Assembly: GCA_028534125.1 (NCBI GenBank)
Contig: CM052816.1
Coordinates: forward strand, 38,132,001 to 38,196,000
Direction of reading: 5' to 3'
Length of the DNA: 64,000 nucleotides
Origin: Lama glama
Taxonomy: Eukaryota
Made by a program: the position numbers and the translations under genes. Below, in pieces: positions 41,450-53,541 of the stretch (position 1 is the first letter of the stretch; every line of letters begins with the position of its first letter). Under the pieces are notes generated by a model, which saw nothing but the letters and a program-made list of their open reading frames with translations, was not told the DNA's origin and searched no databases.

Positions 41450-42990
41450 ACGGACTTTTGGTGAGCCACGTTCTGGCATCTGGCACCGGACCTCCAGGGC
41501 CCAGCTAGCTAGTTGGGGCCTGGGGGGCGGCGGGCGCAAGCAGCAGCTGGATGAGGCATGCCTTGCAGCGTCGGGTGCCTCTGCTGCCCACCGTGAGTGA
41601 GCTGTCCCTGCACGGGCGACCTCACCTGAGGCAGAACTCTAGCTGTGTTAGTGTGTTACGATGCTCTCTCCTACCAGCCTGGCTAGTGAGATGACCAGCA
41701 GTAAAGTGAAATATTTAAGGCTCTCCAGCACAGATGATGGCTACAGCGACCTTCAGTTTAAGAAAAGCCCTCCTGAGTTCCCACCTAAAGCCCCGCTGAG
41801 CTTGCTACAATGCTGTTTTTCATTGGTGCTTTGCTCATTAAGACAGGCTCCCTTTGGTTTGTGTGCCCAGCAGCAAAGGGCGCGCACACCTGCCATTCTA
41901 GTCCTGATCACTGGCATTCTGGTGTTCCTGCTGGGCTCTTTCCACTTGTGCATCCAAAGGCTACAGGGCCTACTCCTAGGATGACACTCCACATTCCAGA
42001 TTTGAGGACTAGCACCCACCTTAGCCTTGAGGAGGAATCACAGGTGGGGCTGAACCCAGTTTTAAAATACTGAGCAGAAACTGTGGTTAAACTGCTAATT
42101 CTGCAATTGGCAGATACTTAATTAAACAATGTCCAGATTTTATTGGTCCATCCTAAAGGTGTTAACCAAGCTTACAATTATCTAATTAGGACATGCTTGA
42201 TTTTTCATCTCCTGACCCTGGTAAAAGCTCCTGACAAGTTTTTCCACATGAATATATATCACAGAAGAGTAGCAATGTTACGTGTATGGGAAATGGTAGG
42301 GTGGAGGGAAGGTGACGTTACTGTGTTGTGAAAAGTGGCAACCACCTTTCTCAGATTTGAGCACTTCTTTTAAATAGTCCTCATTGTCAAGTTGTTCTCT
42401 TGGCAAATGGAAAAATGCAGTATGTTGACTTTCTTTTTGCTCAGTAGTTTATTTTGAAAGCACTTGAGTATCTTATCCTCTACACTTATCTCTAACTTAG
42501 TGTTCCAGTGGAAGATCTTAGCAAAATCAATTATAAGTGTGGGTACATTTTTAACATTTTTTTACTTGCTTTCTTATTAAGTGACCAGAAATTTGTTTGG
42601 ACCTCAAATCAATTTTTCACAATGTAAGTACTTTCTCTGTTCATCAATCCTTGGCCAGCTCTGACCTGGTTCATCAATAGGTAAGCCAGCATATAATTTG
42701 GGCCATTCTGTCCTTTGAAAATCAAGTAGCACTATCATGCCTTTAAGGACTGGACTTTTGGCTGTTTCCTAAGGAAAAATGTAGGTAAGTGGTTATTATT
42801 TAGAGTTTAAACCCCATTGTTAGCATTGCATTATGTCATTCTGCTTAAGATCACAAGATTTGGCTTAGATCCCTAAAGAACTAAATGTCTTTATTTTGAT
42901 TCTGTTACCGAGTTTGCAAAAAGTGACATATTCAAAAGACATTAAGATGTCAAAATCATAAAATAAAGTACTAGTTATGTTTATTAGTCA
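41450..42990 (+). pseudogene. TMEM230: TMEM230 processed pseudogene (5' UTR, disrupted CDS ~41658-42012, long 3' UTR)
   Basis: Translations '[26 protein letters not shown]', 'LATMLFFIGALLI', 'LVLITGILVFLLG', 'SKGYRAYS*DD' match TMEM230 ([26 protein letters not shown]...VLIIGILVFLPG...SKGYRGYSYDD). Intronless, several frameshifts, premature TAG, AATAAA ~42962. Confidence 0.95.
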
Positions 42991-42999
42991 ATAGCAGCA

Positions 43000-45900
43000 G
43001 AACCAGAGATGATTCATATACTGGATGCAGTAGGCAAAGATTTCCAAATAGTGTAGTTAGTACATTAAATAAAATGGAATAAAATATGGGCAAAATGGAT
43101 GGAAAGAGAAATAATTTCAAAATATATTTGGAATCAATAAAAATAAGAATCTAATTTACATTTTATAAATGCAACATACAAGTACCTAAGTTAAGGACTT
43201 GATGGATGGGTTCAACAGAAGTCTATAACAAACAGAAGATAACATTAGTGATTTTAAAAAGAGATCAAAAGAAAATATCCAAACTGAACCTAATAGGAAA
43301 AAAAAAGGGAAAAAAGAGGAAGAATAGAAGGTACAGGTGAAACAGCTCAAAATATTTAACATATATGTAATTGGGCTACAATAAGGAGACAAGAAGAGAA
43401 TATTGAAAGAAATACTGAGGAAAAATAATTAAGAATTCACTAAATCTGATGAAAGATATAAAACCACAGGTTTAAACAGTTTAGTGAACATAAAACTGGG
43501 TAACTACAAAGAAAATCACAGAAAAATGCACTATAGTAAAACTGATAAAAAAAAAAAAATCCAGATAGAAAACATGTTAAGAGCAGATGAAGGAATAAAA
43601 AGACAAATTACTTTAAAAGTAACAGTGAAAGCTAGCTTTTCAATATAAGCTACAAAAGGCAGAATGCAATAGAATTATACGTTTAAAGTGTTGAAAGTTA
43701 TAAATGCCAATAAAATATTGTTCAAAAACAAGAGTAAAAAAAAAAGTTTTATAAAAAGAGAAAGAAAAGCTGATATAATTTGTCTCCAGCAGGTCTGAGC
43801 TATAAGAAAAACTAATGGTAGTTATTTATGCTGAAGGTAAAGCATCCCAGATAAAACCATAAAACTGCAATAAAGACCAAAAATTTCTAAATGCGTAAAT
43901 AATCTGTTAAATACAATGAATATTGACATATTAAAATAACACTAAGAATTGACTGTGTAATTTATAATGTAAATGAAAGTAAAACATAAGATACCAGTAG
44001 AACAAATGGCATATGAAAGGTAAATGGAGTCTACCTGTGGCATCATTTGGGAAGTGGCTCATGTATTGGTTTAATGCAGTTTTTAATAAATTTAGAAATG
44101 AATATTATAATCTCTAGAGTAATAATCAACAGAACAATAAAAGTAGGTAAAACCAAAAGCTAAAAGATAAAATATATTAAGTGATTTGAAAATTGATTAA
44201 ATGAAAGACAATAAGGACTGACAGATCTGTAGATTGGTTAAAATTAGATATATATATATTTATTATAGTATAAAATATAATTACATATTATGATATATAA
44301 TAACACATATACTATATAATCCAATACACACACACACCCCCTACTCTAAAAATGAGGGCACAATTAACTTAAAAGTAAATGAATGAAAAAATATCCACCA
44401 TGTGAACACTGTGGAAACAAAAGTGGCTGGTGCTAATATTAATGTCAGATAACACAGACCTTAGGGCAAGAAATTCATGTGATATAAAGAAATATTTCAT
44501 AAAGATAAATGGCTTAATTCAACACAAAGACATACAAATGCTATTTTGATATGCACCAGGACATACAACTTCAATAAAGGAAACAGAATTTAGAGAGAGA
44601 GAAAGAAACGAATAATCCTGCCTGATATTTTAACACATATCTCTCAGTACAAGGGATGGCACAGATGAAAAATATTGGTAAGAAATATTCGAACAATATA
44701 ATTCACTAACTTATCTGACAGATGCTTGTAGAACATTATACCTAAATTTGCAGAAAAAAAACTTTTATTTTAAAGTATATATAGAACATATACCAAATTA
44801 GATCTTAACCTGAACCACAAAGAAATTCTCAGCAGTTAAAAAATGTATAACGAAAAACACACAAGCAGAGTAACTACTGTATCTTTCTGCAGGTGTTTAG
44901 AAATTAAGGAAACTGCTTCTAATGAACCAAAAAAGGAAACAGTAGAATGTATTATGAAACACATAATTCAAAAGAAAACTATAATTCAAAAAAGACACTT
45001 GCACCCCAATGTTCATAGCAGCACTATTTACAATAGCCAAGACATGGAAACAGCCTTAATGTCCATCAACAGATGACAGGATAAAGAAGTTATGGTATAT
45101 TATACAACAGAATACTATTCAGTCTTATAAAAGAATAAAATAATGCCATCTGCAGCAACAAGAATGGACCTGGAGATTGTCATTCTAAATGAAGTAAGCC
45201 AGAAAGAGAAAGAAAAATACCATATAATATCACTCATATGTAGAATCTAAAAAAAAGACATGAACTTATTTAAAAAACAGAAACAGACTCACAGACAAAG
45301 AAAACAAACTTATAGTTACGGGGGTAAGGGGTAGGAGGGGATAAACTGGGAGTTCTAGATTTGCAGATACTAACTACTATATATAAAATAGATAAACAAG
45401 TTTCTTCTGTATAGCACGGGGAGCTACATTCAATATGTTGTAGTAACCTATAATGAAAAAGGACATGAAAAGGAATATATGTATGTCATTGTAAACTGAC
45501 TGTATTTCAATGAAAAAAAGAAATACTTAAGAGCTGAATAATAAAAATTCAACATATCAAAACCTGTATAATGTACTTAGAGCACTATTCATATGGAAAT
45601 TTAGAGCTTCAAAGGCAAGTATTATAAAAGAAGAAAGGTTAAGAAATAAATTCTCTAGGCTTCCAACTCGAGCAGTTAGAAAAAGATCAGGAAATAAAAA
45701 GCAGAGTAAAAAAAGACGAAAAGAGTAATTTTTTAAAATGAGGAAATACCAAAGATCAAAAATAAACCTACAATAGACAAAGTCAGTATAGCCAAATGGT
45801 GGATCTTTGAAAAGTACAATAAAGTCAATAAACACCCAGCAGAAGAGATAAAAAATAAATGAGTATTCATAAATTACCAGTATCAAGGAGTAACATAGGG

Positions 45901-46260
45901 ACATCACAATATTTACTATAAATACTAAAAATATAACAGGCTAATATATACAAAATTATGCTGATAATAACTTAGAATTTTTAACAGACAAATTTCTTAC
46001 AAATTCAATTTACCAATACTGATAGAAAACGAATATAAAATCTGAATAATCCTATATCTGTAAGTGAAATCAAACCCATGTATAGAATCCTTGTCAAAAA
46101 GAAAAGCACAGGTTCAGATGCTTCCACGGATGCATTCTTCAAACTATCGAATGTTCCTCCAAACCTCCTATAAAATAGAAGAACAAGCATTACTTTCAAC
46201 TTCATTCTATGCCACCAGCATCATGCTGATAACAAAACCTGACAAGGAAACTACATAAAA
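43000..46260 (+). mobile_element. old L1 (ORF1 and ORF2 5' part), heavily decayed
   Basis: ORF1-like 'gatggatgggttcaacagaagtcta...aaagaaaatatccaaactgaa'; ORF2-like 'caggttcagatgcttccacggatgcattcttcaaac' and 'FYATSIMLITKPDKETT' (ORF 46064..46258). Confidence 0.8.
44963..45520 (+). mobile_element. young L1 3' fragment nested in old L1
   Basis: 'gcaccccaatgttcatagcagcactatttacaatagccaagacatggaaacagcc' plus the same 3' UTR type as 25609-25979, with A-tail. Confidence 0.9.
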
Positions 46261-46266
46261 AAAGAG

Positions 46267-46482
46267 TTGCCCAGCAAAGCCCCCGGCTTCTTCAGTCACG
46301 TGCTACCCCGAGTCCAACCACCACCTGACTGCAATTGCAAGAGAGACTTGAAGTCAGACTGTGCTGCCAGGACATTCCCAAATTCCTGACCCACAGATAC
46401 TGTGAGAAAGAATAAAATGATTGTTGTTGCTTTAAGCCCTTAAGCTTTGGAGTCAATTTTTACGTAGCAATAATAACTACAA
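46267..46482 (+). mobile_element. MLT1 (MaLR) LTR 3' part
   Basis: 'ttcccaaattcctgacccacagatactgtgagaaagaataaaatgattgttgttgctttaagcccttaagctttggagt...gtagcaataataact'. Confidence 0.85.
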
Positions 46483-47072
46483 TAGTACTCCACTAAAAAT
46501 AAAACTCAAATAAATTTTCCATTTATTTTTATATTCAAGCCTTATTTTTGTCCACATGACAAACTAAATAAAAAAATTTAAGAAAAACAGGCATACTGTG
46601 AATCCACATGTACGCAGGTATCCATTTACATGAGTGAAGAATTTCTATGGACTCCCTGACCACAATAATTTTTGCTCTATATATGTACGTATTCTTCAAT
46701 TTAAAAACTTAAATATATTAGTTGTATAATTTTAAATAAACTTACTTTTAATAAGAAAATCCGTTGGTACAAACTACAACATGAAGGTTAAACAGGAACA
46801 TCTATAGCAATAGAGAAGGCTTTATAAGGAAAAGGTATAAAATAAAATTTCCATCTTTAAACATATGTTTTCTTGATTGTATAATGGAAATAAAATAATG
46901 AATGAGATATTTGGCAATTTATCATTGTGATATTTTTTGCTTATAATCAGTATAAATTAACTAGTTCTCATGATTAAGCTAAACAACAATTTAGGCAATC
47001 ACAAATTTTTTTCTCTAAATCTTTCACTGATTCTCAGTTGATAAGTACATGAGTTAAACATTAAAATATTAG

Positions 47073-47078
47073 TTTATT
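47073..47078 (-). terminator. polyadenylation signal AATAAA of the predicted minus-strand gene
   Basis: + strand TTTATT at 47073-47078, 18 nt after the predicted TGA stop (47097-47099). Confidence 0.6.
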
Positions 47079-47096
47079 AGTGAATCTCTATTTTCT

Positions 47097-47121
47097 TCAG
47101 AAATGACCAACAATCTTCAAA
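47097..47121 (-). CDS. predicted gene, coding exon 6 (terminal; V-LKIVGHF*)
   Basis: Acceptor 'tttaatatttcttcag|', phase 2 compatible with exon 5, TGA, then AATAAA. Confidence 0.6.
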
Positions 47122-47428
47122 CTGAAGAAATATTAAAGTAGAAAATAATAATACAGTATATAGTAGATTTAGAAGTGCATACCCCCAAAATACTTCTCCA
47201 TTAACATTAAATGTAATAATTTATATAATTCATTATCAGTTTCACATTTAATGCATTAATATCAAAGTGTTTTGCATTGTTTTAATAACATTTATGCTTT
47301 ATGAATGAATATTCTTTACACATAACTTTATAATGGTTCAATAAAATACCTATGTTCAGAAAGAAAACAGAGGGATATTGTTTTCACATGTTGACCAAAT
47401 TCTGGACACAGTCTTCATCACCACTTAC

Positions 47429-47552
47429 ACGTGAGGATACAGCAGAGTGGCAGCGTTAGGGAGAGAAGGACTTGAGTGGAAAAGAGGAGGTAATCCACAA
47501 CGGTTCCTCTGACAAACAGTGACAATTTTCGGAGGAAGAGGACCTGAGTTAC
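47429..47552 (-). CDS. predicted gene, coding exon 5 (124 nt; C-NSGPLPPKIVTVCQRNRCGLPPLFHSSPSLPNAATLLYPH)
   Basis: Acceptor 'attattgtttccttctag|', donor '|gtaagt', open frame, GC-richer than its AT-rich flanks. Confidence 0.72.
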
Positions 47553-49325
47553 CTAGAAGGAAACAATAATAAAGATGACATTTTAAATACAAAGCTTTGG
47601 AAACCTTTTGAGTATGCATCAAACATAAATGAGATCAGCTGAATAAACTGCCAACATTAGTCACGGTTTGCTACCCTCCTCTGTACAATTCCCAAACTGT
47701 ACAAATCAAGACAGAAAACAATAAGCTACCATTTCAAGTAATTCATGCTCTCCTAAATATTTTAATTATTTTATGTCTAATGTGGAACATCTAAGCCCCC
47801 TACTTACAACAGATCATAGATGTTTTAGCAAAATAGCATAAAAATTACACTCTCCAGGTGCAAGTTATTATAAATTTAAACATTACACTCACTGCTTCCT
47901 CTCTCATTCTAATTCATTGGTGGAGTTGACTCTGAAATAGACTTGATTTCCATTGTACCTGGAAGGGGAAGAAAATTGCTTACTGACTGAAGAAAACTCA
48001 TCACTGAATGGAAAAAAAAATCCTTTTATTATATCAAAGTTATTTAAAAGCCAATAAATGTGCAGATTATATTATTGTTTGCACATTTCCTTTTCATGCA
48101 ATATATATTTGTTTTGCTAATAAACATTGTATCAATTTGTCAATTAATATGTTTTAAAACAAAGTTTTCGAAAAAGATTCTGTCATAACAGTCAACACAG
48201 TTCTAATCAGAAGCATTTTGTTACACCTTTGGCTTTACAAGGGAACCTGAAAACATCTGGAGACTGAAATAAAAGTGATCCCTCTCAAATTTTTTAAAGT
48301 GTGACTCACCTCCACCCTGCTGAGACTTTCTCCTCCCTAACTCCAGTTTTAGTCTCCATGCTTATTTTCTTATCTCTTATAAAGCATTATACGAAGTGTC
48401 AGAGCTATTAGGACTCAGGACTAGTTTTCAAGACAGCTTGGTTGTAAGAAACAGCTGTCAGAAGTGACAAGATACAATTGTTAAAATGTCTGAAATAAAG
48501 GCTAAATAAATGCCTACATATAAAGCGGTATTTTTCTGCTATGTCTAAACAAAGCACTTTTTCTCCATTCATGTTGCTGGACTCAATGTGTCACCTGTCT
48601 CATTCTTATTAAAATGAAGTACCAGTGCAATGCTGCACATTATCAATGAAATCCTGGGGAAATTACCTACACTACTTAAGACACAGCAGAATTACTTTAT
48701 GACTTTAGTATTGCTAAAAAAATACAAAGCGATCATCTTACTGGCTGAACATATTAGGCTTTATTTGGGCAAATAACTATACTTTTCAGTAGGTTTTGAC
48801 TCATATTCACATTCAATATTTAATTCTAGTTTAGGGGTTTAATATATAAATAATAAATTTTATTCCAGTTTGAGAACTCACAGAGGAGCATAACGCATAA
48901 ATAAAATTTGAGAGAGGTGGTTGATAAATAGAAAAAATTAAAATTAAATTATTGGGACAGAACAGGGACAAACTAAAGGAATTCAATGGAAACTTCTGGC
49001 ACTATCTTCAAGTAATCTTGGTAGGCAAAATGGTATGGAAAACATAAATAAATGCCAAAATAACATAAGAATAAAAAAAAGTGTTCTGTCTTAGAGCTCA
49101 CGCTTTAGCAGATGAGGTCCCTGAGAAAAATCCATTATTCATGAAAATAATTACAGACAAGTAGTCATCACCAAAAGCAAATGAGAAGCAGATGGATAAA
49201 CCCATCCATAGTTCTAGACTAGAGAACAGAGATCCTGTTTCTCAGGGAACACAGCTCCCACAGAATAAACATCTGTGGTTTCCAAGGAATATCTCGAGCT
49301 GGAGACAAAGCCACCTTCTACTTGC

Positions 49326-49596
49326 AACGATGGGAGGGGAAGTACCCCTCTGGCAGGGTCTTCTTGGGATGGAGCACTAATGGTTCCTTATGCCTAGGAA
49401 ATGCAGAAGAAACTGGAGCAACTTCAAGAGTAAGAGGTCTTTGAGAGACTGGATGCAAAGTTCTCCCTACCACCGAGTCAACAACCTTGTCATTATCTCG
49501 CATCACATCTATACTTAGTGGGTACAGCTCAGGGGCAGAGCATTTGATGGCATATCTATACTCGAAGAGTGACAGCATTTGGAGGGATAATCCATA
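49326..49596 (-). CDS. predicted gene, coding exon 4 (271 nt; YGLSLQMLSLFEYRYAIKCSAPEL...EGYFPSHR)
   Basis: Acceptor 'gctgtgtttccttag|', 90 open codons (frame of ORF 49318..49578), GC-type donor '|gcaagt' giving phase 1. Confidence 0.68.
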
Positions 49597-50268
49597 CTAA
49601 GGAAACACAGCTGCATTTCAAGTCTAATTATCTTCATTTTAGTAAAACTTTTATCTGCGACCTGAATCCTGAATATTATTTTCTTTTTCCTTTTAGTATT
49701 ATCTCTTCTCCATTTCTTATATATACACAACTCAATATCATCAATATCACTTTGTCCTGTTCTTCAAACTCCAAAAACAAAATTCTGTTTATGCAAGTGA
49801 ATTAGCAAGCAACATATAAATTACTTAATACTTTGCAGATGACACAGAGGAAACTTTCTGGTTGTATACACAGAACAAACTAATCAAATCCAACAACCCT
49901 TCTTTAACATCACCGCCATCCGGAAGCTTTCTGCTGTCTGTCCACCCATTCCTTGCACTGTGCCCTGGCCTCCCACTCCTTTCTGTACTATCAGGTCCTT
50001 TCCTCCTTCCCCTGGGCCCCTTTCACCCACCATTCTGAGTACTGCAGTCTATTGGCATTTGTCCCATAGCAAAGCAATTTTCGTATCACTGGTAAAAACA
50101 CAAACATTGTCTCTGTAATTCAGATGAAAGATTTTTGATAATTATGCTACAATAAAGTTCAAATCTTCATTCTGCATATATCAGAAATGGCTATTTTTAC
50201 ATCTTACTAAGATGCATAGTTATTTGGTTCTTCTAACAATAAGTTCAGATAAAAGGACTTTGGAGTAC

Positions 50269-50347
50269 CTCAGCAGTCAAATTTGATAATGGTACGAACT
50301 GCACTGGCATTATATGAGGATACTTTTTAAAGCTGTCCCACAGTGGA
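50269..50347 (-). CDS. predicted gene, coding exon 3 (79 nt; C-PLWDSFKKYPHIMPVQFVPLSNLTAE)
   Basis: Acceptor 'tttgttttactgaatag|', donor 'GAG|gtactc'; converts phase 2 to phase 0 exactly as its neighbours require. Confidence 0.65.
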
Positions 50348-50567
50348 CTATTCAGTAAAACAAACTTTTAAGACAACTTACACTCATTTATATATATTTT
50401 TGAAAACCTGTATTTCCACGCAGAATGCTACATTAAATTGGAACATACCTATAGCTAAGTATAAAACAGGTGGGGACAATGGAAAAAGTACAGAGAAGAG
50501 GCTCCTCTTTCTGGGATCGTATCCTGGTGCTTTTGCCCCCTGCACCTTCCTACAATATTCCACCTAC

Positions 50568-50672
50568 CATATGAATCTGTGCTTATGATGTGTGTTCTTT
50601 AAAAGCTTTCTATGAACAGCTCTTCCTTTTCGTCTTTCATGATAGGACCTTTTACAACCTTTCCAGGAACAG
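50568..50672 (-). CDS. predicted gene, coding exon 2 (105 nt; S-CSWKGCKRSYHERRKGRAVHRKLLKNTHHKHRFI)
   Basis: Acceptor 'cttttcatttatttag|', donor 'ATG|gtaggt'; only the phase-2 frame is open. Confidence 0.68.
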
Positions 50673-52479
50673 CTAAATAAATGAAAAGTTTTTCATTTCT
50701 TCTTTGGTCTACAAAAATAGCTTTTGTTGATGATGAAAAGTGCAACCTCCCAAATTTCTCATTTTCCATGAAGCAAAGGTTTACTTTCTGAAGGTTTCAC
50801 AAGTACTATGAATCACTATATTTATCTTCCCTCTAGATGTAGAAAAATGAGTGGCAATTTAAGCCCATGCCTGGCATGTTTCTCAAAATATGGACCCATG
50901 ATCATGCCCAGATTTACTTATTTTGACCAAGACTCTAATGCTATTTTATAAAAAATAAAAAAGCACTCTTAATTGTAGTTACAACTATATATTCTTCTTG
51001 TCAAAAGAAACAGTAGATGATAGAGTTTAGCAAGTCATTCAAGTCTAGTCTCCAGATATGAAAAACCTAATAGCTCCAACTAAAAGTGAGTCTATTTTTA
51101 AAAATATGCTAACTTATACCTCTGATTTATTGAAATAGTACCTTTTACGTTTAAGACAATTGATGTTCAATAATATATTCTCAACCAGTGATATAATTAT
51201 ATATAATAGCAAGGTTCTTCAAATAGGTATTTCCTTATAAAGTTTCAGGAAAATACTACAAAATAGGTTTGCGTCCCAATAATTTATCACAATTTCACTG
51301 ATATACTCATAATCTTCTGAAATATTTTTAGAGGTACAGAGCCTTAAAGAGGGAACACGACAATATACATGTGGCTTTTCATTTTGATATCATAAAAATG
51401 AAACTTTTTAAAGTGTTTAATATTATTGTCATTCATTACTAGCTCCTATTATGTATCTTTAAAACGGTGGGCTGTTGTTTAAGCTATGAAATCATCACTT
51501 GTTTATAATAAGCCCTGTACTTATGGAAAAAAGTCTATAATTGTTATGAAGTATGCAAATATTCATAAATCCATTTATAATGGATGTTTTAACACAAGTG
51601 CTAAACTAGTATTTTAAAAGTCCGTTCTATGCACAAATATGTGTCCCCTCATAAGTAAGAATAATTAGCACATTAATTCACCACATTGTTTATACTTCAA
51701 TTATAAAGGCAAATAAAAAACTGTTCATGTTCTGCTTGAATAAATTTGCAGCTCTGTGCAAGGATGGTCTGACCTTAGTTTCCTTTTAGAAATTGAGGAT
51801 TTTTAAAACCAAAACATTTTGGAAGGCAATTATACATTCAATTGAGACCAAAGTGAAGAAATTATACATTAGGCAAACTATTAAAAAAGTTAGTGTAAAC
51901 CAAAAGCCTGGATATTTGACCACTTATGTTTGCCAGTGGAAATGAGTCACAATACGGTAAACTGGAGTTTACACACAAACACACACATGGGTCAGTTGTA
52001 TATACAAATGTATTAAGACCTGTGGTAACACAACTATTGCTCTATATTAGGCTAAATATATTGTGTTATTCGTTTTAAAAGAAGATTTTTAAATTAAAGT
52101 TATTGGATAACAAATGGGTTATTCATGAATTCATGAATTCAATAACAAGTTGCACTTTCTTTAGCATCCTACTTACAAAAGCAGTTTTGCCCTCGGGGTC
52201 TACTTGAAGAGTGAACACCCATATTTGTTTTAATTCACCATCTTAGCAAAGGTGTCAGGCTCCAGTATTTCAAGGCACATTAAAATACTTACTGATTTTA
52301 GAAAGACATCCCAATGGAACCAGGCACTGTAATTTCAGGCTTTTCAGGCCTTTGTCAAACACACACACACGCACACACACACACATCCAAATTAATTTTG
52401 TATGATTTTCAGTTCTAGTTAGAGCCTCTGTCCCCAGGGCTTGTTAATCTTGTATCCCATTCCTGCCCTGTTAGAATTT

Positions 52480-52895
52480 AAAGATTGTCACAAGAAGGAT
52501 AAATTTCATGCCATTTTCTGTTCTCATTACAATCTTCAGATTGTTATGAGAACGGATTAATTTTGCTCAATTTTCTGCCCTTGTTACAGACTGTTATGAG
52601 AATGGATTAATTTTATGACATTTTCTTCTTTCATTATAATCTTTGTTATGGGAATGAGAATATGTAATGAGAAGGAGAGCATATCAAGCATTAAAAGGCC
52701 TGTGAGAGCTCATGACAAAGACTGTAACAAGAAGAGAAAACGGCACCCAATCCATTCTTGTGACAAGTTTAAGATTGCCAAGCGAACCCAGAGTGACACC
52801 GCATTTATCCACTCTGAAGACAAAGATTGTTGAGAAAATGCGAATGAGAGCAAAATTAATCAGTTCTCCTGACAATCTTGAGATTGTACTTAAGC
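52480..52895. mobile_element. palindromic, internally repetitive element; probable ancient non-autonomous DNA transposon
   Basis: 41-bp inverted repeat 52528-52568 / 52848-52888 (5 mismatches), local hairpin 52521-52552, several further direct and inverted copies of the 'agattgttatgagaatggattaatttt' unit; family not confirmed. Confidence 0.65.
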
Positions 52896-53019
52896 TCACA
52901 GTATTTTTCCTGTTATACAGTACTTACATGAAACCATGTGCATTGCCATGAAATGTTATTTATTGGAAAATGTCATTTTCATATTTTACTTTTCCTATTA
53001 TTTCCTTTTTCTTTTACTT

Positions 53020-53100
53020 TCAATTTCCTTCTCCTTTCCACTCTCTCTCCTTCCTTCTTTCCAGTCCTCCTTCCTTCCTTCCTTCCTCTTTTTTTTATCT
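53020..53100. repeat. pyrimidine-rich / (TTCC)n low-complexity tract
   Basis: direct reading. Confidence 0.85.
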
Positions 53101-53524
53101 TCAATGCGTATCATGGCTTATACTTTTAAAATATTATTACATTTAAATGGAAATTAGCCATCTTATAAAATGTCAATAAAAACAAAACAATACCAAAACA
53201 AAAACAAAACAATACCCACAGTAACATAAGGGGCAGGATATCCACCAACCACTGTTTCCGAAATTTCAAATTATTTAGTTGAGTCAATTGTCTCCACATG
53301 CCCAGAAAGAAAAATTATCTTCGCTTTTGTAGAAGTTACCAATCAACATGATGAAATCATCCTAGGTCTGCACATCCATATTATTTAATAGTTTTATTTT
53401 TTATAAATACTTCAGGGCTTTCTAATATGCCCCTCCTAAACTTGAGGGAGGTATACCTATTACTGCATCTGAATATCATCAATGTTCCCATTTCATGAAG
53501 AACAATCCAGTAGTGTGAATGTAC

Positions 53525-53541
53525 CTTTGTTTCCTCTTCAT
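53525..53541 (-). CDS. predicted gene, coding exon 1 (ATG; MKRKQ-S); exon may begin at 53701 or 53698
   Basis: agaATGa with purine at -3, in-frame upstream TGA (~53614-53616), donor 'AAG|gtacat' phase 2, upstream NAGNAG acceptor 'ttttttttcaaatag|cag|'. Least certain exon. Confidence 0.5.

Noticed and set aside
41661..42073. ORFs that could be a functional TMEM230 retrogene
   Set aside because: Several frameshifts and a premature stop disrupt the transmembrane and C-terminal region
48227..48263. Possible extra cassette exon of the predicted gene (acceptor cttttatttcag, SPDVFRFPCKAK)
   Set aside because: Needs a phase-0 donor from exon 4, for which I found no good site; its own donor (gtgtaa) is weak
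49515..49805. ORFs 49515..49730(-) and 49569..49805(+)
   Set aside because: Different frames from the spliced model, mostly intronic, and no compatible splice chain
52615..52951. Overlapping ORFs on both strands, and a superficially CRISPR-like repeat pattern
   Set aside because: They arise from the palindromic element; the repeats are degenerate, partly inverted and irregularly spaced, and the context is mammalian
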